Below the pieces are notes generated by a model. It saw only the letters and a list, made by a program, of their open reading frames with translations, did no database searches and was not told the origin of the DNA. From assembly GCA_963797095.1 (NCBI GenBank), contig CAWCNY010000005.1, forward strand, positions 256,001 through 320,000: 64,000 nucleotides of DNA. The letters run 5' to 3'. The stretch's first letter is position 1. Every line of letters starts with the position of its first letter. The translations under genes were made by a program, and so were the position numbers. The stretch comes from an uncultured Chloroflexia bacterium. Lineage in GTDB: Bacteria; Chloroflexota; Chloroflexia; QHBQ01; JADMIH01. Positions 10,243 to 19,903 of this stretch are shown piece after piece.

Positions 10243-11169
10243 TTACTTCTCATAAGGCACACCCACCGCCGCAGGTGGAGTTGAGCGCCCCACGACCCCC
10301 GCCAGTACCACAATCGTCACCACGTAAGGCAGCATACCGATGATTTGCGCGGGGAAATCGACCCCACACTGTTGAATATTGATCTGCACCGCCTGGGTAA
10401 AGCCGAACAGCAGCGCGGCCCCCCACGCTCCAAGCGGCGTCCACTTACCGAAGATCAAAGCCGCCAGCGCGATGAAGCCTCGCCCGATGGTCATCCCGGG
10501 GCTGAATGTCGATACTTCAGCGATCAGATATGCACCGCCCAACCCCGCCACCGCTCCCCCGATGATAACATTCGTGTAGCGCACCCTGAACACGCTCACG
10601 CCCACCGTATCTGCTGCACGCGGGTGCTCGCCCACCGCCCTCGTGCGCAATCCCCACGGCGTGAAGAAGATCACGAAGTGCGTTACCGCCACCAGCAGCA
10701 GCGCGATCCACACCACAGGCTGCTGCTGGAACAGCCTGCCGAACACAGGTATATCCTGCAAGATCGGGATGCTGATTATCGGCACGCTGCCCCCTGTGGG
10801 CGCATTGCGCGCGAAATACTGGTCATAGAAGAACCCCGTGATCCCGAACGCCAGGATATTCACCACCGTGCCGCTGATGATCTGGTCCACCTTGAACGAT
10901 ATCGAGAGCACGGCGTGCAGCCCCGCCAGCGCCCCCGCGCTCACCATAGCAGCCAACAGCGCCACCCATATCGAACCGCTCCACGCGCCAGCCACATAGG
11001 CGCTGAACGCCCCCATCAGCATCATTCCTTCGATGGCGATATTCACCACGCCCGACCGCTCGCAGAACAGGCCCCCAAGTGCGCCCAGTGTGAGCGGCGT
11101 GGCGACCCGCAGGGTGGTCGCCAGTAGGGTAGCAATAAGCACCCAGATTGAAACGCCGCATAGCGTCAT
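10243..11169 (-). CDS. Nucleoside ABC transporter permease (NupC-like)
   Basis: 'ERSGVVNIAIEGMML', 'GLRTRAVGEHPRAADTVG', 'GRGFIALAALIFGKW'. Confidence 0.92.
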   Translation of the reverse strand: MTLCGVSIWVLIATLLATTLRVATPLTLGALGGLFCERSGVVNIAIEGMMLMGAFSAYVAGAWSGSIWVALLAAMVSAGALAGLHAVLSISFKVDQIISGTVVNILAFGITGFFYDQYFARNAPTGGSVPIISIPILQDIPVFGRLFQQQPVVWIALLLVAVTHFVIFFTPWGLRTRAVGEHPRAADTVGVSVFRVRYTNVIIGGAVAGLGGAYLIAEVSTFSPGMTIGRGFIALAALIFGKWTPLGAWGAALLFGFTQAVQINIQQCGVDFPAQIIGMLPYVVTIVVLAGVVGRSTPPAAVGVPYEK

Positions 11170-12530
11170 TGCCGCTCCTCCTTACCGCCCAGTGCGTCAG
11201 GCGGGCCAGCGGGCCGGGTCTCGTCCCCTTCCTTGTTGCCCGTAAAGGCAGGCGCGGCGGGCATGTCGGCTCTGGAAGCCTTCCGATAGCTGCCGGTAGG
11301 CTCCACCCCTTCGGGAGCGGTCTCGGCTTCCTCGGCAACAGCCGCCATCACGGCAGCCGGGGCCAGCGCGAGTGTGCCGCGCTGTGAGCGCACGCGGACA
11401 TGATATAACCATCGGATGATCACATCAGCTGCTACGAACAAAAGCACCAATCCCTGCACCACCGAAATGATCGATGCTGAAATCTGCGTGTTGAACTGCA
11501 TTTGGGTCGCCCCGGACTTCAGCCCTCCAAACAGGATGGCTGCCGCCACTACCCCGAACGGGTTGGTCCTCCCAAGCAGCGCGATGGCTATGCTGTCGAA
11601 GCCGTAGCCCGACCCGAAGCCAAGCTCGTGCCGGTGCGTCACACCAAGCACCTCCACCGCCCCCGCTGCCCCCGCCAGCAAACCGCTCAGCGACATAGCA
11701 AGGATGGTGTTCTTTGCCACGCTCATCCCCGCGTAGCGCGCAGCATTAGGATTGGCCCCCACCGTGCGTATCTCGAAACCCCAGGTAGTGCGCGACAGGA
11801 ATAGCCACACCAGTACCGCCGCCACCAGCGCCAGCGGCACGCCGTAATGGATCTCCCAGGGCGTGCCCGCAAAGAGCGTCGGTAGTTCGGCTTCGGGAGC
11901 GATCAGCGGCGTGCGGGCCGTAACGTTTCCGGGAGTGCGGTCCTTCATTGGCCCGCCAAGCAGGTATTGCACCAACGAGAGCGCGATATAGTTGAGCATG
12001 ATCGTGATGATCACCTCGTGCGCGCCCGTGTAAGCTTTCAGGAAACCTGGGATCGCGCCCCAGACCAGCCCTCCCAGCAGGCCCGCCGCCAGCGCGAAAA
12101 AGAGGAGGATCGGGAAGGGCAGGCCCTTGAAGCTGTACCCCACGAATGCGGCAGATACCGCCCCCAGCGCCAGTTGGCCTTCGGCACCGATATTGAAAAG
12201 CCCACACTTGAACGCAAGCGCCACAGCCAGGCCCGCGAAAATATATGGCGTGGCCGTAGTAAGCGTGTCGGCGATATTTTTGGGGCTGCCGAACGCGCCC
12301 TCCCACATCCCCACGAACGCGCCATCCGGCCCTATCACCTTGAGGATGTCACCAGTCGAAACCCAGATCACCAACCCGCCGATAACCAGAGCCGTGAACA
12401 CCGCCAGCAGAGGCACCAACAACGCATCTGCCACCGAGCGCAGAAAACCCCCCACCCGTACTACTTGTGATCTTGCCGGTGGCGATCCCGGCGCACCGGG
12501 CCTCGACGGCTCAGCGGAAACAAAGGTCAA
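11166..12530 (-). CDS. Nucleoside ABC transporter permease (NupB-like)
   Basis: 'GLFNIGAEGQ', 'HEVIITIMLNY', 'GYGFDSIAIALLG'. Confidence 0.92.
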   Translation of the reverse strand: MTFVSAEPSRPGAPGSPPARSQVVRVGGFLRSVADALLVPLLAVFTALVIGGLVIWVSTGDILKVIGPDGAFVGMWEGAFGSPKNIADTLTTATPYIFAGLAVALAFKCGLFNIGAEGQLALGAVSAAFVGYSFKGLPFPILLFFALAAGLLGGLVWGAIPGFLKAYTGAHEVIITIMLNYIALSLVQYLLGGPMKDRTPGNVTARTPLIAPEAELPTLFAGTPWEIHYGVPLALVAAVLVWLFLSRTTWGFEIRTVGANPNAARYAGMSVAKNTILAMSLSGLLAGAAGAVEVLGVTHRHELGFGSGYGFDSIAIALLGRTNPFGVVAAAILFGGLKSGATQMQFNTQISASIISVVQGLVLLFVAADVIIRWLYHVRVRSQRGTLALAPAAVMAAVAEEAETAPEGVEPTGSYRKASRADMPAAPAFTGNKEGDETRPAGPPDALGGKEERQ

Positions 12531-12690
12531 TGATCACCCCCACTGTTTCGACGCGATGCAACCTGTAACTCACTAACCTGATCAAAGGACGAAGGACGAA
12601 AGACGAAGGAAGCTAATTCGTCCTTCGTCCTTCGCCTTCGTTTCATTCGTTGGCAAACCGCGATCTGCCAACTGGTGGTTCAGGATCCTA

Positions 12691-13872
12691 TCAAGGGCAG
12701 CCCGCAGGCAGGTCGGCACCCTTGGCAGGGGACACACATGTCTTCACCGACCCATCCAGGATCCCCTGAGTAGCTACGTCTACCTTCGACTTAGCATCGG
12801 CAGACACTGCCGCTTCCTGATCGTGGTACGGAGCCAACCCAACCGTCCCTGTCACGTTGCCACCCTTGAACGTCCCATCTTGCACCGACTTGATTATGTC
12901 GAACACTCCAGGTGTGAGCAGCTTCATGGCGCTCGATACCAGCGCTCCCTTGTACTCGTCACCAATGGTGAAGTACTGGTCGGCGTCCACACCTATCGCC
13001 AGCACGTTGCGTTCCTTGGCAGCGAAGATAGCGCCGTTACCTGTCTGTCCACCTGCTCCGAACACTACGTCAGCGCCTTTGTCTATCATTGAGAGAGCGG
13101 TGGTCTTGCCCCACTCAGGGTCCACAAACGTCTTGGTGATGTCTACATCGCTGTGGTAAGTAACCTGCACCGTCACATCAGGATTGACCGACTTGGCGCC
13201 GTTCTTGTATCCTTCGCAGTATCTCCACACCGGTGGCACATCATCTGTTCCGCACACAGCACCGATGTTACCCGTTTTGGATACAGCCGCCGCCAGAACA
13301 CCCGCCAGATACCCCGCCTTGTCCTCATCAAAGACCAAACCGGCGAGGTTATCGATGGTATCGGTCTGCGCCTGGTCCACCCCGATGAACTTGATGTTAG
13401 GGTTCGCTTTGGCGGCAGCGATGGTCGCTTCACCCAACGCAAAGCCAACCGTCACGATAACATCGTAGCCTTCAGACACGAACTGGTTGATGTTCTTCTC
13501 GTAATCCTTCGTGTCAACGGTCTCGATAGCCTTGGCATCAACACCCAGGTCAGATTGAGCCTGTTGCACACCTTCCCACGAAGACTGGTTGAACGACTTG
13601 TCGTTCAGACGCCCAACGTCTGTTACCAACCCGACCTTTAGCGTGCTGCTCGACGTGCCCTGCGTCGCGGTCGGCTGTGTGCTCGTCCCCGTAGTGGCTG
13701 TAGGTTCCGCCGCTGCCGTTGTCGCCGTCGCCGGTGGCGGTGCAGTTGTAGCAGTCGGTACAATAGGTGTTGCCGTAGGGTCCGCGCCACAAGCAGATAG
13801 AATCGGCAATACAATCATCGCCAGCGTCGTAAGCACACCGGCGCGCCGAATCAAACGCCTTTCTTTAGACAT
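12691..13872 (-). CDS. BMP-family (PnrA/TmpC-like) nucleoside-binding lipoprotein
   Basis: Lipobox 'LSAC', 'DKSFNQ', 'IGVDADQ'. ATG 13872 follows AGGAGG. Confidence 0.92.
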   Translation of the reverse strand: MSKERRLIRRAGVLTTLAMIVLPILSACGADPTATPIVPTATTAPPPATATTAAAEPTATTGTSTQPTATQGTSSSTLKVGLVTDVGRLNDKSFNQSSWEGVQQAQSDLGVDAKAIETVDTKDYEKNINQFVSEGYDVIVTVGFALGEATIAAAKANPNIKFIGVDQAQTDTIDNLAGLVFDEDKAGYLAGVLAAAVSKTGNIGAVCGTDDVPPVWRYCEGYKNGAKSVNPDVTVQVTYHSDVDITKTFVDPEWGKTTALSMIDKGADVVFGAGGQTGNGAIFAAKERNVLAIGVDADQYFTIGDEYKGALVSSAMKLLTPGVFDIIKSVQDGTFKGGNVTGTVGLAPYHDQEAAVSADAKSKVDVATQGILDGSVKTCVSPAKGADLPAGCP

Positions 13873-13953
13873 AACCTTTCCTCCTGATTCACTCAGATTA
13901 AAACCACACGCCCAAACCGGCATATATGCCGGTACCTACCCGGACGTTGCACT

Positions 13954-13981
13954 ATTATATCACGCACTCCCGGCAAGTCAA
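13954..13981 (-). promoter_or_regulatory. Sigma70-type promoter for the ABC operon
   Basis: TTGACT-16 nt-TATAAT with extended -10 TGn. Confidence 0.65.
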
Positions 13982-14018
13982 GGCTACGCAGGCGCACTTT
14001 AGGCACAAAAATCGAGAC

Positions 14019-14047
14019 TTGACACTCTCACAATCGCGCTGTATACT
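14019..14047 (+). promoter_or_regulatory. Sigma70-type promoter for the SAM-I leader
   Basis: TTGACA-17 nt-TATACT. Confidence 0.8.
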
Positions 14048-14088
14048 CATAGCAGTCTTTGAGCTTTCACAATAGAATAGCAACCAGG

Positions 14089-14193
14089 CTCTTATCAAGA
14101 GAGGTGGAGGGATACGGCCCTATGAAGCCCGGCAACCAGACCAACGGTGGTCCAGGTGCCAACTCCGACAGAGCGATCTGTAAGATGAGGGAG
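14089..14193 (+). ncRNA. SAM-I (S-box) riboswitch aptamer
   Basis: CTCTTATCAAGAG-AGGTGGAGGGA..GGCCC.ATGAAGCCCGGCAACC...GGTGCCAACTCC..CAG....CTG.AAGATGAG, upstream of methionine genes. Confidence 0.95.
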
Positions 14194-14224
14194 TGGTTGG
14201 TCTGGCGCTACGCGCACATGCCTG

Positions 14225-14250
14225 CCCCTCACCTTGAGGGGTTCTTTTTA
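14225..14250 (+). terminator. Riboswitch intrinsic terminator
   Basis: CCCCTC/GAGGGG stem followed by TTCTTTTT. The 5' arm can pair with the aptamer 3' strand (TGAGGG). Confidence 0.8.
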
Positions 14251-14297
14251 TCCCTCAAAGTGAGTGAGCCGGACTGAGCAATATGGAGAATTCGACC

Positions 14298-14325
14298 AAC
14301 GCCCCTTCGCTGGGCGTTTTTGTTT
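14298..14325 (+). terminator. Second terminator-like hairpin in the same leader
   Basis: AACGCCC-7 nt-GGGCGTT followed by TTTGTTT. Confidence 0.55.
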
Positions 14326-14356
14326 GCCCAATTTTCATGATACAGGGTGCAGCATA

Positions 14357-15724
14357 GTGAGTTTTGTAGTACAAAAGTATGGCGGTACATCGGTGGCGAC
14401 CACCGAACGCATCCGGGCGGTTGCCCACCGCATTCGCGCTCGCCACGATCAAGGCGACCGGTTGGTGGTGGTGGTGAGCGCTATGGGCAACACCACCGAC
14501 GACCTGTTGGCCCTTGGACTCTCCCTCAACCCACAGGCCTATGGTCGCGAAGTCGATCTGCTTATGTCCACGGGCGAGGTGGTGTCCTGCGCCCTCCTGG
14601 CCCTTGCTCTGCAAGACCTGGGTGTGCCCGCCCGCGCATTCACCGGCGCACAGGCGGGCATCCTCACCGACGGCAATTTCAGCAGGGCCGCCATCGCCGG
14701 TCTGAAACCCGACCGCCTCCAAGCCTCCCTGGCAATCGGCGAGGTGCCGGTAGTAGCCGGCTTCCAGGGCATAAGTGGCACCGACATCGAGATCGAAGTA
14801 ACAACCCTCGGTCGTGGCGGCTCCGATACCACCGCCGTTGCCCTCGCCGCAGGCTTACACGCTGAAAGGTGCGAAATCTATACCGACGTGGACGGTATCT
14901 TTACCGCCGACCCGCGTGTGGTCCCAGGCGCTCGCCGCCTGTCGCGTATCACGCCTACCGAGATGCTGGAGCTTGCTCAGCAAGGCGCTCAGGTAATGCA
15001 CCCCCGCGCCGTCGAGCTTGGCGGCATCTACAACATACCAATCCGGGTGGCCTCCAGCTTCAACGATGGGCCGGGCACATGGATCATAGCGCCCGGTTCG
15101 CCCCTACCGGCAATATATGGACCTGCCTTTCACACTCTTTCTCACAATCTGGAGGAGCAATTGGAGCTAAAGAACAAAGTCTCAGGCATAGCCCACGATA
15201 CTAACGTGGCCCGCATAACAGTCTTCGGCCTCCCCAGGCCCCAGTTCGCCCTCTTCCGTCTCTTCGGCCCCCTGGCCGAGGCTGGCATCAACGTCGACGC
15301 CATAGCTCATTCAATCGAGCCGGGCGGCGAGCATGCCGACTGCTCGTTTACCGTCACCGAGTCCGATCTCACCCGCGCTTTGTCGATCACCCGGCATACA
15401 GCCACCAACCTGGGCGCGTACAACGTCCAAGGCGAGCGCGCCGTAGGCAAAGTCTCCGTCATCGGCCTCGGTGTGCAACACGTACCCGGCCTCGCCTGCC
15501 ACGCTTTCGCCGCCCTTGAAAGCGCGGGCATAGAGATCGACATGGTCACTACCTCGCAGGTACGTATTACCTGCCTGGTCCTCGAATCGCGGGTCGTTGA
15601 GGCCGCGCTGCTCTTGCACTCCGCTTTCGGCCTCGACGGGGAGCCAACAAGCGACACGCATCTCAAACCGGACATCATCGCCCCTGCACTGGCAGGCGTG
15701 CTCACCCCAGGGGGTGGAGCATGA
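14357..15724 (+). CDS. lysC: Aspartate kinase (alpha/beta type, two ACT domains)
   Basis: 'VQKYGGTSV', 'TTLGRGGSDTTA', 'YTDVDGIFTADPR'. GTG start 14357. Confidence 0.92.
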   Translation: MSFVVQKYGGTSVATTERIRAVAHRIRARHDQGDRLVVVVSAMGNTTDDLLALGLSLNPQAYGREVDLLMSTGEVVSCALLALALQDLGVPARAFTGAQAGILTDGNFSRAAIAGLKPDRLQASLAIGEVPVVAGFQGISGTDIEIEVTTLGRGGSDTTAVALAAGLHAERCEIYTDVDGIFTADPRVVPGARRLSRITPTEMLELAQQGAQVMHPRAVELGGIYNIPIRVASSFNDGPGTWIIAPGSPLPAIYGPAFHTLSHNLEEQLELKNKVSGIAHDTNVARITVFGLPRPQFALFRLFGPLAEAGINVDAIAHSIEPGGEHADCSFTVTESDLTRALSITRHTATNLGAYNVQGERAVGKVSVIGLGVQHVPGLACHAFAALESAGIEIDMVTTSQVRITCLVLESRVVEAALLLHSAFGLDGEPTSDTHLKPDIIAPALAGVLTPGGGA

Positions 15725-16929
15725 CTGTACAATCCTCCGGCCTGATCGACCTGACATTCCTCGACGACGATCCTTCTGTCGCCCTACGACCCCTCGCCGT
15801 CGAGGCAGACGATGTGCCGGTCGGCCCCAGGCATCTATGGACCCTCCCCGAAGGTCTCCGCCTGGAATCCGGCGCGCACCTCGCGCCCATCGAAGTAGCC
15901 TACGAGACCTGGGGCCACCTCAACGCAACAGGCGACAACGCGATACTCGTCTGCCATGCCCTCACTGGCGACTCCCACGCTGCCGGTAGATACTCCCCCG
16001 ATGACGACCACCTCGGCTGGTGGGACCCCCTGATCGGCCCCAACCGCGCCTTCGATACAAATCGCTACTTCGTGGTGTGCGCCAACGTGCTCGGCGGCTG
16101 CCAGGGCACCACAGGCCCCGCGTCGATCAACCCTGGCACGGGCCGCCCCTATGGCAGCGTCTTCCCCCAGGTCACAGTGCGCGACATCGTGCGCCTCCAA
16201 TACAGCCTTCTATGCGCGTTGGGTGTCCGGCGTCTGGCGGCGGTCGCGGGCGGCTCGCTCGGCGGGATGCAGGTGCTGGAGTGGCTCGTTACATACCCCG
16301 GCTTCGTCGCCAAAGCCATCCCCATAGGCTCTTCTCTCGCCCACACCTCGCAGGGCATAGCCTACAACCTGGTGGGACGCCAGGCTATTATGCTCGACCC
16401 CGATTGGCAAGGTGGCGACTACTACGGCACAGACCGGTCCCCTGGGCGTGGCCTCTCAATCGCTCGCATGGTCGGCATGATCACCTACCAGAGCGAGGAG
16501 TCGATGCGACGCAAGTTCGCAAGGGACCGTGTAGACCCTTCGCCCGACTCGTATTACGATCCCGACAGCCTCTTCCAGGTTGAAAGCTATCTCCACTACC
16601 AGGGCGCATCTCTCGTCAAACGTTTCGACGCCAACAGCTACCTGCTCCTTTCCAGGGCAATGGACCTGCACGACATAGGCCGCTCTCGCGGTGGCGTAGA
16701 CGAAGCGCTATCCCGCATAAGCCCCACCACAGACACCCTTTTGATAGGCATCAACAGCGACATCCTTTTCCCCACCCACCACCAGCGCGAAACAGCTGGC
16801 CGCCTGACTGCCTCAGGCCACAACGCAACCTACACAGAGATAGATTCCCCATGGGGCCACGATGCCTTCCTGATAGAATACAACCAGCTAGCCTCAGCAA
16901 TAGCCAATTTCATTGGAATTGACGAGTGA
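15721..16929 (+). CDS. metX: Homoserine O-acetyltransferase
   Basis: 'CHALTGDSH', 'GGSLGG' nucleophile elbow, 'RFDANSY', 'GHDAFL'. Confidence 0.93.
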   Translation: MTVQSSGLIDLTFLDDDPSVALRPLAVEADDVPVGPRHLWTLPEGLRLESGAHLAPIEVAYETWGHLNATGDNAILVCHALTGDSHAAGRYSPDDDHLGWWDPLIGPNRAFDTNRYFVVCANVLGGCQGTTGPASINPGTGRPYGSVFPQVTVRDIVRLQYSLLCALGVRRLAAVAGGSLGGMQVLEWLVTYPGFVAKAIPIGSSLAHTSQGIAYNLVGRQAIMLDPDWQGGDYYGTDRSPGRGLSIARMVGMITYQSEESMRRKFARDRVDPSPDSYYDPDSLFQVESYLHYQGASLVKRFDANSYLLLSRAMDLHDIGRSRGGVDEALSRISPTTDTLLIGINSDILFPTHHQRETAGRLTASGHNATYTEIDSPWGHDAFLIEYNQLASAIANFIGIDE

Positions 16930-17017
16930 CGAGTGACGAGTGGCGAGTACCGCTGCACACTCGCTACGCGTCACTCGTCCTCACCTACCCCATTTCACAC
17001 CTCGGAGAAACATAACC

Positions 17018-18277
17018 ATGACTGACACTCAATCCAACAGCACCGGAAGAGCAGCGGGCTTCGCCACCAGGGCGGTACGCTCCGGCCTAAACCCACCGCT
17101 TGAGGGCACACGACCCACCGCAGTGCCCATCTACGCTACCACCACCTTTCTCAGCGACGACGCCCAGGCTCTCGACGGCGTGCTCGGAGGCTCACTACCG
17201 GGCTACGTCTACGGACGCTACGGCAACCCAACCCTTACTTCTCTCGAAAACGCCGTGTCCGCCCTTTTGGACGCGCCCGAAAATACCACAGTCGCCTTCA
17301 GCAGCGGCATGGCCGCCTTGCACGCCGCGCTCCTCCTCTGCGAATTAGAGCCTGGCGCGACCATCCTCGCGGGCACCGAGCTTTACGGAGCGAGCCACAC
17401 CCTTCTCGCCACCCTGTTCGGCCAGTTCGAGGTGCAGATACGCTTTGCCGACATGTCCAATCTGGAAGAGGTACGCCAGGCCCTCAATACCCTGCCCACC
17501 CCTCGCGTAGTCCTCTTTGAAACGATTTCCAACCCTCTTATCAGGGTAGCCGACGTGCCCGCCATCTGCGAGGCCGCCCATGCCGCGGGCGCGCCCGCCA
17601 TCGTAGACACCACCTTCACCCCTCCGCCCCTGGTGCAGCCCCTTGCTCACGGAGCCGACATTGTCGTGCAGAGCGCTACAAAGTACATCGGAGGCCACGG
17701 CGATGTGGTCGGCGGCCTTGTAACTGTGGCCGACCCCGATCGCGTCGCCACCCTGCGCCAGATATCGAAACTAACGGGCGCGATCCTCGGCCCCTTCGAA
17801 GCGTTCCTTATAGCGCGCGGCCTCCGCACCCTCGTACTCCGCGTCACCAAACAAAGCGAAAACGCCGCTATCCTGGCTCGCAGGCTTGCGGAACTCCCCC
17901 AGGTCGCCAGGGTGCATTATCCCGGCCTCCCCAATCACCCGCAGCACGAATTGGCGGGCAGGCTCCTTGTCCGCCCGCTCTTTGGCGCGATGCTGGCGTT
18001 CGAGATCGAGGGCGCGACCTACGAAGATGTGCTCGCCTTCTTCGACAGCCTCAAGCTGGCCCTGCCAGCCACCACCCTGGGCGATATCTACACCGAGGTG
18101 TCCTACCCCCTGATGTCGAGCCATCGCGAGTGGTCGCCAGCCCAGTTGCGCCGCGCAGGCATCACCCCCGGCGTGGTACGCGTCTCCGTAGGCATCGAGG
18201 ATATCGACGATATAGTGGCCGATTTCGAGCAAGCCCTTGCAAAGCTGGAAAGCCGGATCGCAGCCCCCACCCGATAG
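17018..18277 (+). CDS. PLP-dependent transsulfuration enzyme (cystathionine gamma-synthase / O-acylhomoserine sulfhydrylase-like)
   Basis: 'YGRYGNPT', 'FSSGMAA', 'SATKYIGGHGD', 'VRVSVGIED'. ATG 17018 after GGAG. Confidence 0.9.
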   Translation: MTDTQSNSTGRAAGFATRAVRSGLNPPLEGTRPTAVPIYATTTFLSDDAQALDGVLGGSLPGYVYGRYGNPTLTSLENAVSALLDAPENTTVAFSSGMAALHAALLLCELEPGATILAGTELYGASHTLLATLFGQFEVQIRFADMSNLEEVRQALNTLPTPRVVLFETISNPLIRVADVPAICEAAHAAGAPAIVDTTFTPPPLVQPLAHGADIVVQSATKYIGGHGDVVGGLVTVADPDRVATLRQISKLTGAILGPFEAFLIARGLRTLVLRVTKQSENAAILARRLAELPQVARVHYPGLPNHPQHELAGRLLVRPLFGAMLAFEIEGATYEDVLAFFDSLKLALPATTLGDIYTEVSYPLMSSHREWSPAQLRRAGITPGVVRVSVGIEDIDDIVADFEQALAKLESRIAAPTR

Positions 18278-18280
18278 CCG

Positions 18281-19747
18281 CTACGACCTCAGCGCCTTCG
18301 CTAGCGCTCCGGTTCCGCGCCTCGCCGACGCAATACGCTCCCGTTGCTCAACGATCCAGTGCGAGTGCTTACCCAGCGCGCTCCGCCTCGCCTCAAGCAT
18401 CCTCGCCATCTCGTCGGGTGCTGCACCTCCCACGTGCTTGCGCTTTGTGACGGCCCACTCAGGATCAAGGGCCTCTCGCACCTGCTCCTCACTAACCTCG
18501 ATCTTCACGCCAACCGCCTCCGCGCCCGCTCTTATCTGCTCGGCGGTTATGCTGTGAAGCGGCCTCCCCTCCTCGATCATCGCGTCCACTATCCGGCCAA
18601 CGATGCCATAAACTTGCCTGTACCCGACCCCGCTCTGCTGCGCGACGACGTCCGCAAGGTCCGTGGTGCTCGAATAGTTGTCCCGTACCGCCTGCAACAT
18701 CCGCTCCCGGTTCACCGAAAGGGTGGACAGCGTCGTGCTCACAGTAGATAGAGCCGCCAGCGTCTTGTCAAAGCCGAGCGCCGTCCACTCCTTGATCTCC
18801 CGCGAGTCCCGGTTATAACCCATCGGCAGCCCCGCGAGCAGGTGGCCAGCCGTTGCCGCTATCCCTATAACCTCCTGGCCCGTGGCCCGCAACAACTCCA
18901 GCGCGTCAGGGTTCTTCTTCTGCGCCATCACCGAGCTACCCGTGATCGGGTGCAGACGCTGCGCCACCGCCTCCCCCAATTCGATATATCCGTACTCCCA
19001 GGTGGTAAAGAGCAGCAAATCGGCGACCATCTTGCTAACCGTAAGCGCCAACCGTTTGCACACGTCCAGGTAGGCCAGTTGAGGCAGCCCACGCGACCCA
19101 ATAACGTCCTGCGGCACCTCCCAGACCCTCCCAAACCCCAGCAGTTGGGCAGTAAACTCCCTATCTATCGGCCACGAAGTGCCGTAGCTCTCAACCGCCC
19201 CCAGCGGGCAGGTATCGTACTCGTCCCATGTGTGTTCGATATCCGAGAGGCTGCGCGCAATCGCGTCCGCGTACCCAAGCGCCCACTGTCCGAGCGTAGT
19301 AGGCTTGGCGGGCTGCATATGCGTATATCCGGGCATCACCGTCCCAACGTGCTCCTCGACCAGGCCCAATAAGGCCCCCACCACCCCACACGTAGCCCTC
19401 GCCAGCGCCAGCGCCCGCTCCCGCAAAAAGAGCATTTCCGTCACCATCACCTGGTCGTTGCGGCTCCGCGCCGTGTGCATCCGGCTGCCGTCCTGCACCC
19501 CCGCCGCCTCGATCACCGCACGTTCCAGGCTAAGTTGTGCTCCCCGCTCCGGGTCGATCCGAAACTCCCCAGCCTCCACAGCCCCCTCGACATCGTCCAA
19601 CGCTGCCAGTATCGAAACCGCCGCCTGCGCAGGAATGATCCCGACATGCTGTAGCATCAAAACATGGGCCAGCGTGCCCCAGATATCGTACCGAAGCATC
19701 TCGGTATCAAGCGCCACCTGGGCCGCGCTAACGATAAAACCGCCCAT
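18281..19747 (-). CDS. argH: Argininosuccinate lyase
   Basis: 'HTARSRNDQV', 'MPGYTHMQPA', 'GSSVMAQKKNPD'. Start uncertain (19747, 19795 or 19828) because the 5' region is made of 7-bp repeats. Confidence 0.88.
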   Translation of the reverse strand: MGGFIVSAAQVALDTEMLRYDIWGTLAHVLMLQHVGIIPAQAAVSILAALDDVEGAVEAGEFRIDPERGAQLSLERAVIEAAGVQDGSRMHTARSRNDQVMVTEMLFLRERALALARATCGVVGALLGLVEEHVGTVMPGYTHMQPAKPTTLGQWALGYADAIARSLSDIEHTWDEYDTCPLGAVESYGTSWPIDREFTAQLLGFGRVWEVPQDVIGSRGLPQLAYLDVCKRLALTVSKMVADLLLFTTWEYGYIELGEAVAQRLHPITGSSVMAQKKNPDALELLRATGQEVIGIAATAGHLLAGLPMGYNRDSREIKEWTALGFDKTLAALSTVSTTLSTLSVNRERMLQAVRDNYSSTTDLADVVAQQSGVGYRQVYGIVGRIVDAMIEEGRPLHSITAEQIRAGAEAVGVKIEVSEEQVREALDPEWAVTKRKHVGGAAPDEMARMLEARRSALGKHSHWIVEQRERIASARRGTGALAKALRS

Positions 19748-19753
19748 CTCCAG

Positions 19754-19903
19754 ATTTTGGATTTTGGATTTTGGATTTTGGATTTGACCCGTCATAATAT
19801 CACTCGTCACTCGCCGCTCACCATTCACCCTCCGACTACCGACTACCGACTACCGACTACCGACTACCGACTACCGACTACCGACTACCGACTACCGACT
19901 ACC
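19754..19903. repeat. Cluster of heptamer tandem repeats: (GATTTTG)x~4.5, degenerate CACTCGT-like x4, (CCGACTA)x10
   Basis: Directly visible. CCGACTA x10 spans 19832-19901 and includes the argF' stop codon. Confidence 0.95.

Noticed and set aside
14264-14356. N-terminal extensions in the ORF track for lysC (also argG, BMP, osmC, DHODH-like)
   Set aside because: They run through riboswitch or terminator leaders; downstream starts fit SD sites and/or family N-termini better.
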